From an uncultured Dysgonomonadaceae bacterium (GTDB lineage Bacteria > Bacteroidota > Bacteroidia > Bacteroidales > Dysgonomonadaceae): a DNA stretch of 57,539 bases. The DNA lies in contig CAYUIY010000001.1 of the NCBI GenBank assembly GCA_964444915.1, forward strand, positions 1 to 57,539, read 5' to 3'. The notes under the pieces are model-generated. The model was not told the origin of the DNA. It saw only the letters and a program-made list of their open reading frames with translations, and did not search any database. Shown in pieces: positions 19,173 to 29,144 of the stretch. A program made the position numbers and the translations under genes. Each line of letters starts with the position of its first letter. Within the stretch, counting starts at the first letter, position 1.

Positions 19173-19249
19173 GAAAAATGAAAATTTTTCATAATTAAGG
19201 TTTTGGTTAAATAATCGGAGGGAGCTGTGAAGTTCCTTTCGATTTTTTT
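19173..19249 (+). ncRNA. Candidate small RNA ending in a GNRA-capped terminator
   Basis: Own -7 box; body TTTTTCATAATTAAGGTTTTGGTTAAA; 14-bp stem aatcggagggagct-GTGA-agttcctttcgatt followed by a T tract. Confidence 0.55.
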
Positions 19250-19440
19250 ATACCGTTCCAATTTTTAATTCATAAAATTTGACTACTTTTGTCTCTTTGC
19301 AAAATTAATCAAAATATGGATATGTAAGTCATTATTTTATATCATTGTGCTTCTAAATACAAATTTTTTGATCGGGATTTTAAAAATTAGAAGAAGAAAA
19401 GAATATAAAAATTATTCATCCTACTAACAACATTATTATT

Positions 19441-20934
19441 ATGGCTTTAAATTATATTACTGCACAAGAAGCCGCTGCGCTTATACATGATAACGACAAT
19501 GTAGGTTTCAGTGGATTTACTCATGCAGGTTGTCCAAAAGTGGTTCCTGTTGAAATTGCAAAACGCGCCGAAGAAGAGCATGCAAAAGGCAAACCTTTTA
19601 AAATCGGGGTATTTACAGGTGCATCCACAGGCGATTCCATCGATGGTGCCCTTGCTCGTGCCAAAGCAGTCAAGTTTCGTACTCCTTATCAGTTCAACAA
19701 AGATATGCGAAAGGCAATCAATAATGAAGAGCTTGAGTATTTTGATATGCATTTATCCCAATTGGCACAGGAAATACGGTATGGTTTTCTGGGGCCGATT
19801 GATGTTGCCATTGTTGAGGCATGCGATGTGTCGGAAAACGGTGAAATTGTTCCCACGACCGCTGTTGGAATCACACCCACCATTTGTCGTCTGGCAAAAG
19901 TTGTTATTGTGGAATTAAATAAAAAAGTCCCTCAAAAGCTCAAAGGTATTCACGATATTTACGAATTGGATGATCCGCCAAAACGGCAACAAATCAGTCT
20001 TCGCGATGTGCGTAGCCGCATTGGGTTGGAGTACGTGAAAGTTGATCCTTCTAAAATATTTGTGGTAGAGACAGAAAGAGACGGTGAAGGAGGCAACTTT
20101 TCACCTTTGGACGAAGTAACGAAACAAATTGGCGAGAATGTGGCCGATTTTTTTGTATCTGAAATGAGAGCAGGGCGTATTCCTCCTACTTTTCTTCCCA
20201 TACAATCGGGTGTCGGGAATATTGCCAATGCCGTTTTAGCAGCTTTAGCCAATAATCCGGGGATTCCTCGTTTCGAAGTATATACCGAGGTTATTCAAGA
20301 CGCTGTAATCGATCTGATGCAGAAAGGCAATATTTTGTTTGGCAGTGCTTGTTCGCTTACGTTGAGTAATGAGGTGACGCAGGTAGTGTACGATAATCTC
20401 GATTTTTTTAAGAGTAAAATAATTCTTCGTCCTTCAGAAATTTCTAATAATCCGGGAATAGCGCGTCGATTGGGAGTGATTGCCCTTAATACAGCAATTG
20501 AAGCGGATATATTTGGCAACATAAATTCGTCGCATATCAATGGTACAATGATAATGAACGGCATTGGAGGTTCGGGTGATTTTACGCGCAATGCTTATTT
20601 ATCGATTTTCCTTACGCCATCTACGGCAAAAGACGGGAAAATAAGTTGCATCGTGCCAAAAGTCACTCACGAAGATCATAACGAACATTCGGTAAAAATT
20701 ATTGTAACCGAGTATGGCGTTGCAGATTTACGTGGGAAGGGGCCTCGACGTCGTGCCGAGGAAATTATCGAGAAATGTGCTCACCCTGATTACCGTCCTT
20801 TGTTGCATGAATATTTGAATCTTGGTGTAAAAGGTCATATTCCGCAAGACTTATATTCTTGTTTTGCTTTTCATCAGACTTTTCAGGAAGAGGGCAATAT
20901 GTTGAATACCGATTTTTTGAAATACAAAAAATAA
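19441..20934 (+). CDS. Succinate/propionate CoA transferase (acetyl-CoA hydrolase/transferase family)
   Basis: SGFT, GASTG, QSGVGNIANA, TEVIQD and NGIGGSGDF motifs. Confidence 0.93.
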   Translation: MALNYITAQEAAALIHDNDNVGFSGFTHAGCPKVVPVEIAKRAEEEHAKGKPFKIGVFTGASTGDSIDGALARAKAVKFRTPYQFNKDMRKAINNEELEYFDMHLSQLAQEIRYGFLGPIDVAIVEACDVSENGEIVPTTAVGITPTICRLAKVVIVELNKKVPQKLKGIHDIYELDDPPKRQQISLRDVRSRIGLEYVKVDPSKIFVVETERDGEGGNFSPLDEVTKQIGENVADFFVSEMRAGRIPPTFLPIQSGVGNIANAVLAALANNPGIPRFEVYTEVIQDAVIDLMQKGNILFGSACSLTLSNEVTQVVYDNLDFFKSKIILRPSEISNNPGIARRLGVIALNTAIEADIFGNINSSHINGTMIMNGIGGSGDFTRNAYLSIFLTPSTAKDGKISCIVPKVTHEDHNEHSVKIIVTEYGVADLRGKGPRRRAEEIIEKCAHPDYRPLLHEYLNLGVKGHIPQDLYSCFAFHQTFQEEGNMLNTDFLKYKK

Positions 20935-20978
20935 AAATCGGTCGACTATAAGAGTTGTAAATTGAAGGAAACGCGATA

Positions 20979-21020
20979 AAAAAAGAAGGTAGAACAGACT
21001 GGTTTTATCTTCTTTTTTTT
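20979..21020 (+). terminator. Intrinsic terminator (possibly bidirectional)
   Basis: aaaagaaggtagaac/gttttatcttctttt stem (G-U pairs) with A and T tails between convergent genes. Confidence 0.7.
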
Positions 21021-21099
21021 GGTTGAATTTTACATCAAATTGTTTTTTAACTTCATACAAAGTTTGGCGAAGCGGGGTTAAAGGGGTGTGTTTTGCCGA

Positions 21100-21990
21100 T
21101 TATTCCTGCATGGTGAAACTGTAGGATCCAATGTGGTTGAAATCGGCAAAAATATCAACTTGATAGGTGCCGGGCATCAAAAATTCTTCAATATTCCAAT
21201 AAACAGTTACAGGTGTTTCTTCGCCCCCGTATTCGATGATACGTTTAATGGAATATTGTAGTTGTCCATTTTCGAATGGGAATGTATCCGTTGGATTTTT
21301 AGTGAGAACATTACCGTCCGGCGTCATAATACGAACATAGATAATGCGTTCGCCGGGTTCAGCAGTAATATTTTTGGCAATAGTGAATGATATAACAAAT
21401 CGGGTGCTTCGGCTGAGACGTTTTTGTTCTTTTCCCTTGTCGTTTACTGCTTTTACGTTAATGTTGATAGCGTCGAGTTTTGCTGCTAGCGACACTTTGT
21501 GGGAAAGCTCTTCGCGTTCTTTTGCAATTTGAGTGAGGGTGCGGTTGGTTTCTTGATATTGTCGTTTAATTTGTATGTTTTCGCTTTTGAGTTCTTGATT
21601 TAATCGATTCAGTGAATCGATTTGAATAATGTATGTTTTCAATATTTTTCGTAGTGTTTCCAGTTCTTTTTTCAATCGTTGGATTTCTTTTTGATCCGTT
21701 GCTTTTGTGAGTTTGAGTTCTTCTTGCAATCGTTGTACTTTGGCTTGTTCGTTTTCAAGCTTGGTAAGGAGTGAATCGTTTCGCACGCTGAATTTAAATC
21801 CCTCGTATTGCAGAGCAATGGCTTCATATTCGTCCTCGAGTTGTTGTTTCTCTATAGCATATAATTCTTCCATATGGCTTATTTGGCGAGTTTTAGTGAC
21901 AATAAAAATGATAGCAATCGCCAAAACAACAACTAGTACAACAATGGTGGCTATGAGTTGCGGAGTATTTTCTTTTAAATTTATTTTCAT
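21100..21990 (-). CDS. Membrane-anchored coiled-coil protein with a C-terminal beta domain, function unknown
   Basis: N-terminal TM, long heptad region, C-terminal ...PGTYQVDIFAD Ig-like end. Confidence 0.75.
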   Translation of the reverse strand: MKINLKENTPQLIATIVVLVVVLAIAIIFIVTKTRQISHMEELYAIEKQQLEDEYEAIALQYEGFKFSVRNDSLLTKLENEQAKVQRLQEELKLTKATDQKEIQRLKKELETLRKILKTYIIQIDSLNRLNQELKSENIQIKRQYQETNRTLTQIAKEREELSHKVSLAAKLDAININVKAVNDKGKEQKRLSRSTRFVISFTIAKNITAEPGERIIYVRIMTPDGNVLTKNPTDTFPFENGQLQYSIKRIIEYGGEETPVTVYWNIEEFLMPGTYQVDIFADFNHIGSYSFTMQE

Positions 21991-22105
21991 GCAAAATCAG
22001 TCTCTGTTATATTATTCGATTTTCTGCAAAAATAGGTGTTTTCATCTAAATAAACCAATCGTTAAATTGTATTTTGGTTAATTTAATAGTAAACACGTTC
22101 ATCAG

Positions 22106-23137
22106 TTATTGATATTGGATATAAATGGGGTGAGGTTGCAGTCTCATCAGTTCTACCGGAGTAAGCATACGGTGAGGAAATTGTCTTAAATCATTTTTAT
22201 AAAACAGTTTAAATCCGGTAAACTGTACCGGCTCTTTCCAAATATATTGTTTATAAGTATTTAATTTCAGCGCAGGTGCACCCCATCCATCCATATTAAT
22301 GACAATCTGAACTTCGGGATGCAGTTTTATCTGTTTGTAATTCGTGATCATGTGTTGTGTAAAACGATGGATCACAAAAATTTTGGGAGGAAGGTTATTT
22401 TCCTGAACCAAATTAACTAAAAAATCGGAACAAAAATTGATGTCTTTTGCATCGTAAGTGCCGATTTTTTTACCCGGAGGCGTACCGTCCTTCATAGAAA
22501 ATTCGGGATCGATAGCCAAATGAACATGAGGCATTTTTAAGTATTTTTCTAGTAACGGAAGCTCCTGTTCCACAGTGCTTAATCCTACCTGAATATCGAG
22601 AAAGACAATTGCATTGCCCATGTTGGCGATGGCCAATGCCGAGTCGATCTGATGTTCGGGCATTCTCATTCGATAAGTGCCATCATTCATGGGGCTTTGT
22701 TGTGCCACTACGGCAATGTAATGGATAGCGGGCTGTACCGGGGTTGAGGGGTCGGCTTTTTCCCATGCGTCTATTTCCATATGTAATTTTTCCCACAATT
22801 CTTCCGGAGGGTATTCGCCGAGAATGCCCATGTTTTTTGAATATAAGTTGCCGTAATAGGCAACTATCCGTTTAAAGGGGAGAATAGCCCCTTTTAACGG
22901 ATAAGGCTGTGGTTTTACGGGCCAAAAGCCTGTGGTGTCACCGTTAGCCAATTTTAGTATTCTATCGTCATATTCTTTTTTATTGACAGTAACAATTTTT
23001 TCATTGATGATTTTTTCAGATGGATGGTCTGGATTGCCGGTCATTTTTTGCGAATGAGCCGCTTTTTCGTTGCAGTTTGTCAGAGTGAAGATCAAACATA
23101 GGATAAATGTGATGTTAAGAATGTTTTTTGTACTCAC
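22106..23137 (-). CDS. Conserved hypothetical lipoprotein
   Basis: GTG start; lipobox LTNC; conserved-looking RIVAYYG, LAIDPEF, MDGWG and GFKLFY motifs. Confidence 0.75.
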   Translation of the reverse strand: MSTKNILNITFILCLIFTLTNCNEKAAHSQKMTGNPDHPSEKIINEKIVTVNKKEYDDRILKLANGDTTGFWPVKPQPYPLKGAILPFKRIVAYYGNLYSKNMGILGEYPPEELWEKLHMEIDAWEKADPSTPVQPAIHYIAVVAQQSPMNDGTYRMRMPEHQIDSALAIANMGNAIVFLDIQVGLSTVEQELPLLEKYLKMPHVHLAIDPEFSMKDGTPPGKKIGTYDAKDINFCSDFLVNLVQENNLPPKIFVIHRFTQHMITNYKQIKLHPEVQIVINMDGWGAPALKLNTYKQYIWKEPVQFTGFKLFYKNDLRQFPHRMLTPVELMRLQPHPIYIQYQ

Positions 23138-23200
23138 ACGGGAAAAATATTTATTGGTTTGTATTTCATGTGCAAATATACTTTATCTTTTTTAAGATAT

Positions 23201-23235
23201 AAAACCCATGAAATGAAACTTATTTCACGGGTTTT
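23201..23235 (-). terminator. Terminator downstream of metY
   Basis: Stem aaaacccatgaaat/atttcacgggtttt. Confidence 0.75.
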
Positions 23236-23348
23236 GGATTGTTGATGGACATTAATCCCTAAAACTGCCATAGTAAATGAACCTCAAAGGTAGGATGGGA
23301 GAGATTTGTTCAGATCAAAAAGCGATCCAAAGAGGTGAAAAAAGCTTT

Positions 23349-24626
<1,278 letters not shown>

Positions 24627-24695
24627 TTACTTAAAATTAAATTCAAACACTGATTTTAAAAGAAAAATCTTTAGGATAGAAACAACAGAGTATGC

Positions 24696-25901
24696 TTATT
24701 GTTCAAACAATCGGCTTCGCGCAATCATGCAAGCACCTATTACGCCTGCTTTTTCTTTCAGTTTTGAGCTTAAGATGCGTGTATCTTTGTTTACCAATCC
24801 CAGCGAATATTTTCTTACAGCACTGCGAATGGGAAGCATGATGAATCCCTCGGTTTGGGAAACTTGACCGCCAATTATAACCAGTTCGGGATTAAAGATA
24901 TTGATGAGTCCTGCAATGTATCTGCCCAATTTGTACCCTACTTCTTCTATAATTTCGATGCACAATGGGTCTTCCATATTTGTAGCGTTGATGATATCGG
25001 TAAGGGTGAGATTGTTCAAATCCTTTACTTTTTCTGTGAGGATAGAAGATTCACCGTTTTTAATTCTTTCCAAAACCATTCGGTGAATGGCAATTCCTGC
25101 AGTTTCGGTTTCCAGGCACCCTTTTTTTCCACAATGGCAAAGAATTTCATTGTCAAATGCAGGGAAATGCCCGAACTCTCCTGAGAACCCCGATTTTCCG
25201 TAGTATAATTTTCCATCGATAATGATACCAATGCCCAGCCCCCAACTTATATTTACAAAGATTACTTGTTTTTCTCCTTCAACAACCCCTTTCATATATT
25301 CGCCATAGGCCATTGCACGGGTGTCGTTGTCTATTCCTACCTTAAAATTGAGTTTCTTGGAAAGGATTTCGGTTACGGGTTGCTCGCTGAAATAAAAACT
25401 GCTGTAACTGTATCCCGATTCGGGATTTACACGTCCCGAAATATTTAGGCTGATGCTGTAGATTTTTTCTTTGAGTTCGCCTGTTTGATCAAGGAAGTTT
25501 TGAATGTGGTCGCACAATGTATCGAACGCTTCGGATGTGTTTTCATAGGTAAAAGGTATACCCATTTGACTTTGTACGATATCGCCTTTAAAATCCATCA
25601 GCCCAATATTCAAATGATGCCGGGTCATATCTGCACCAACAAAATAGACAGACGATGGATTTAACCCGTAAACACTCGGATAGCGCCCGCCTGAGGTTTG
25701 CATTTTGCCGTATTCGCAAATCAATCCCTGATCCATCAACTCCCCAATAAATTTGGTAACGGTTGGTACACTCAGATCCAGCTCTTTGGAGAGTTCCGAA
25801 ATGGTATCGTTGCCGTTTGCAATAAAATGGTTAATGATATCTTTTTTTATCTGAACATTTTTGGGGTTCTTTTCGTTGGTCATAAAAAAATTCTTTGCCA
25901 T
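24696..25901 (-). CDS. ROK family transcriptional regulator (NagC/Mlc-like)
   Basis: N-terminal wHTH (LSVPTVTK...GGR), DNDTRA, GEFGH and CHCGKKGCLE motifs. Confidence 0.93.
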   Translation of the reverse strand: MAKNFFMTNEKNPKNVQIKKDIINHFIANGNDTISELSKELDLSVPTVTKFIGELMDQGLICEYGKMQTSGGRYPSVYGLNPSSVYFVGADMTRHHLNIGLMDFKGDIVQSQMGIPFTYENTSEAFDTLCDHIQNFLDQTGELKEKIYSISLNISGRVNPESGYSYSSFYFSEQPVTEILSKKLNFKVGIDNDTRAMAYGEYMKGVVEGEKQVIFVNISWGLGIGIIIDGKLYYGKSGFSGEFGHFPAFDNEILCHCGKKGCLETETAGIAIHRMVLERIKNGESSILTEKVKDLNNLTLTDIINATNMEDPLCIEIIEEVGYKLGRYIAGLINIFNPELVIIGGQVSQTEGFIMLPIRSAVRKYSLGLVNKDTRILSSKLKEKAGVIGACMIARSRLFEQ

Positions 25902-26116
25902 AGTCTGATTGAATTTGAATCATTTTATAAATGACTTGTTAATTATTGAAAATATACAAAAATAATAAATATCCGGACATGAAACTAAAGAAATTGATTT
26001 TTATTTTTTGTTGCTCGTAATTCTTTAATTTTATGCATATTTTTGAATTATTTTGTGCAACTTTGTAGTTGATTTTAATTTATTGTTAAGCTAGCGTATT
26101 TTTTATTTAAAACAAA

Positions 26117-28327
26117 ATGTCTATGAATTATTTTTATCTTGTTCCTGTAGCTTCTTTATTTGCCTTAGGATTTGCCTATTATTTTTATAAAAAAATGATG
26201 CGCGAAAGCGAAGGAACGGAAAAAATGAAAACCATTGCCCAATATGTCCGTGAAGGGGCAATGTCGTATCTTAAGCAGCAATACAAGGTGGTAGCTATTG
26301 TTTTTGCTGTATTGGTTGTTATTTTTTCTGTAATGGCTTATTTTGGATTGCAGAACAATTGGGTTCCTTTTGCCTTTTTGACAGGAGGTTTTTTTTCCGG
26401 ATTAGCGGGCTTTTTTGGGATGAAAACTGCAACGTATGCTTCGGCTCGAACGGCCAATGCTGCGAGAACATCGTTGAATAAAGGTCTGCAGATTGCTTTT
26501 CGTTCGGGAGCCGTGATGGGACTTGTGGTAGTAGGGCTTGCCTTGTTGGATATTTCGTTATGGTATTTGATTCTCGATTACTTTGTAGAGGAAGCAGAAA
26601 CAGGGCATAAACTTATCATGATCACTACTACCATGCTTACTTTTGGAATGGGTGCTTCTACTCAGGCATTGTTTGCCCGCGTGGGAGGCGGCATTTATAC
26701 GAAGGCCGCCGATGTGGGTGCCGATTTGGTTGGGAAAGTAGAAGCAGGCATTCCGGAAGATGATCCTCGAAATCCTGCAACCATTGCCGATAATGTGGGT
26801 GATAATGTAGGTGACGTAGCAGGTATGGGTGCCGACCTGTATGAATCGTACTGTGGATCTATTCTTTCAACAGCAGCTCTGGGGGCATCGGCATTTATTG
26901 CGAACCCCGAAATGCAACAAAAGGCTGTGTTTGCTCCAATGATTATTGCAGCGGTTGGTGTGTTTTTGTCTATTTTGGGTATTTTTTTGGTGAGAACCAA
27001 AGAAGATGCTAATATGAAAACACTCATGCGTGCATTGAATAGGGGAGTAAATACCAGTGCTTTTTTTATTGCTATTTTCACTTTTGTGGTATTATATCTG
27101 CTCGGATTTGAAAATTGGTTAGGTTTATCGTTTTCTGTTATTGCCGGTTTGTTGGCAGGTATCGTAATTGGTCAAGGAACAGAATATTTTACCTCTCATT
27201 CGTATAAACCTACGCAATATATTGCTGAAAGTGCAAAAACGGGACCGGCTACTGTGATTATTGCAGGCATGGGGTCGGGGATGGTCTCTACCGTTATACC
27301 GGTTGTAGCTATTGTTTTTGCCATTCTTATCTCGTATTTGAGCCCGCTTGGTTTTGACATCAAACACATGCTCTCGGCCGAAAATATAAGCATGGGATTG
27401 TACGGCATCGCCATTGCTGCTGTGGGCATGTTGTCTACATTGGGTATTACGTTGGCTACCGATGCATATGGCCCCATTGCCGATAATGCCGGCGGGAATG
27501 CCGAGATGTGCGGTTTGGAACCCGAAGTGCGGAAACGTACGGATGCGTTGGATGCTTTGGGCAACACTACAGCAGCAACCGGCAAGGGGTTTGCTATTGG
27601 GTCTGCAGCCTTGACGGCTCTGGCATTGTTGGCTTCTTATATGGAAGAAGTAAGAATAGGGTTGCTCAGACTGGGCGATACTGTGCTTGAATTTGCTAAT
27701 GGCGGTACGGTTGAAGTAGCAAAAGCAAGTTTGGTCGATTTTATGAACTATTTTCAGGTTACCTTGATGAATCCAAAGGTTTTAGCCGGAATTTTCGTTG
27801 GTTCAATGATGGCATTTCTGTTTTGTGGGCTTACAATGAATGCAGTGGGGCGCGCTGCGCAAAAGATGGTTGAAGAGGTGCGTCGTCAATTTCGTGAAAT
27901 AAAAGGTATTCTCACAGGAGAAGCTGTTCCCGATTATGCGTGTTGTGTGGCTATTTCCACCAAAGGTGCTCAACGCGAAATGTTATTACCGTCGCTGCTT
28001 GCCATTATTATTCCTATTTTAGTCGGTATTATAATGGGTGTTTCAGGTGTGATGGGATTATTGGCAGGCGGACTTGGTTCGGGTTTTGTGCTGGCTGTAT
28101 TTATGGCCAATTCGGGCGGTGCTTGGGATAATGCAAAGAAATATATCGAGGAGGGCAATCTCGGAGGCAAAGGTAGCGATGCCCATAAAGCGGCTGTGGT
28201 GGGAGATACGGTGGGTGACCCTTTTAAAGATACATCCGGCCCGTCACTAAATATATTAATCAAACTCATGAGCATGGTTTCTATTGTTATGGCCGGATTA
28301 ACAGTTTCTTGGAGTTTGTTGGGATAA
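26117..28327 (+). CDS. hppA: K+-dependent membrane pyrophosphatase, probable Na+,H+-PPase
   Basis: [32 protein letters not shown] and [10 protein letters not shown] motifs. Confidence 0.96.
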   Translation: MSMNYFYLVPVASLFALGFAYYFYKKMMRESEGTEKMKTIAQYVREGAMSYLKQQYKVVAIVFAVLVVIFSVMAYFGLQNNWVPFAFLTGGFFSGLAGFFGMKTATYASARTANAARTSLNKGLQIAFRSGAVMGLVVVGLALLDISLWYLILDYFVEEAETGHKLIMITTTMLTFGMGASTQALFARVGGGIYTKAADVGADLVGKVEAGIPEDDPRNPATIADNVGDNVGDVAGMGADLYESYCGSILSTAALGASAFIANPEMQQKAVFAPMIIAAVGVFLSILGIFLVRTKEDANMKTLMRALNRGVNTSAFFIAIFTFVVLYLLGFENWLGLSFSVIAGLLAGIVIGQGTEYFTSHSYKPTQYIAESAKTGPATVIIAGMGSGMVSTVIPVVAIVFAILISYLSPLGFDIKHMLSAENISMGLYGIAIAAVGMLSTLGITLATDAYGPIADNAGGNAEMCGLEPEVRKRTDALDALGNTTAATGKGFAIGSAALTALALLASYMEEVRIGLLRLGDTVLEFANGGTVEVAKASLVDFMNYFQVTLMNPKVLAGIFVGSMMAFLFCGLTMNAVGRAAQKMVEEVRRQFREIKGILTGEAVPDYACCVAISTKGAQREMLLPSLLAIIIPILVGIIMGVSGVMGLLAGGLGSGFVLAVFMANSGGAWDNAKKYIEEGNLGGKGSDAHKAAVVGDTVGDPFKDTSGPSLNILIKLMSMVSIVMAGLTVSWSLLG

Positions 28328-28363
28328 AAATTATTTGTTACTTTTGAATTTTAAATAAGACAG

Positions 28364-28400
28364 GAGGGTGCTTCAGATTTTTTTTAAGCACCCTCTTATT
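28364..28400 (+). terminator. Terminator after hppA
   Basis: Stem gagggtgctt/aagcaccctc followed by ttatt. Confidence 0.7.
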
Positions 28401-28475
28401 AATTTATAGACTTTTTATTTGAAATACACGATTTATATTCTTCTTTTTCGAAACCGGTAATCCACTTTTTTGCCT

Positions 28476-28844
28476 ACGAAATTTCCAATGCGAGTGAAGT
28501 ACTATTTTTCTTGCGTTAGGAATTTCCGGTAAAAGTGGATTTTTCATTTTTCTGATCCCGAGATTCCCGGCGGCAGCGGATCAATATTTTTCCGGCTGTC
28601 TGAAAACCCGAAGTCGTAAATTTAATTTATTTTTCCCTGTCTGAAAACCCGAAGACGTAAATTCATTCTATTTCTTTATTTCTGAGAAACAGAAACCACA
28701 AATTCAATTTATTTCGTACTTTCTGAAAATCCGACGTAAAGAATTCAAACCATTTCATGGTTTCTGAAAACCAGAAACCGATAAAAAAATTGATCAGCCT
28801 CCATCAAAAAACCAGAAACCATGAAATCGACCAATCGGCTCTAA
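28476..28844. repeat. Degenerate 41-bp-period tandem array (~9 units), non-coding
   Basis: TCTGA at 28599, 28640, 28681, 28722, 28763 and TCAAA at 28804 (exact 41-bp spacing); three more in-phase units of a related type at 28476, 28517, 28558. Confidence 0.85.
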
Positions 28845-29075
28845 AAATACCCTCATTTTTGGTCGAAATAAATATTTATTAACTATGTAAGGTTTTGGAA
28901 ATCAAAGAATAAAAGTAATTACCTTAAAAATTAAATTTATTTGGCCGAACTTAATATAAATTATTATAAATACTATTCGATTCTCGGTTAAAAAAATGCT
29001 TTTCGAACAAAATCAGGAGTAAATATGATTGAAAAGGGGAAAATTGGATTGGTTATTTCGTTTTGATTGGCTATT

Positions 29076-29110
29076 AAAAAAAGAGGGTGTAAGATAAATA
29101 CCCCTCTTTT
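29076..29110 (-). terminator. Terminator after mdh
   Basis: Stem aaaagaggg/ccctctttt with an A7 run (U-tract on the minus strand). Confidence 0.75.
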
Positions 29111-29144
29111 AATTTATAATATAATGGTTGGTGATTATTTTTTT

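Noticed and set aside
24627-24695. SAM riboswitch upstream of metY
   Set aside because: Only 69 AT-rich nt are available, with no SAM-I or SAM-II consensus.
28476-28844. Canonical CRISPR array
   Set aside because: The unit (41 bp) is too short, the repeats are not identical, the variable blocks are only ~7 nt, and no cas genes are in the window.
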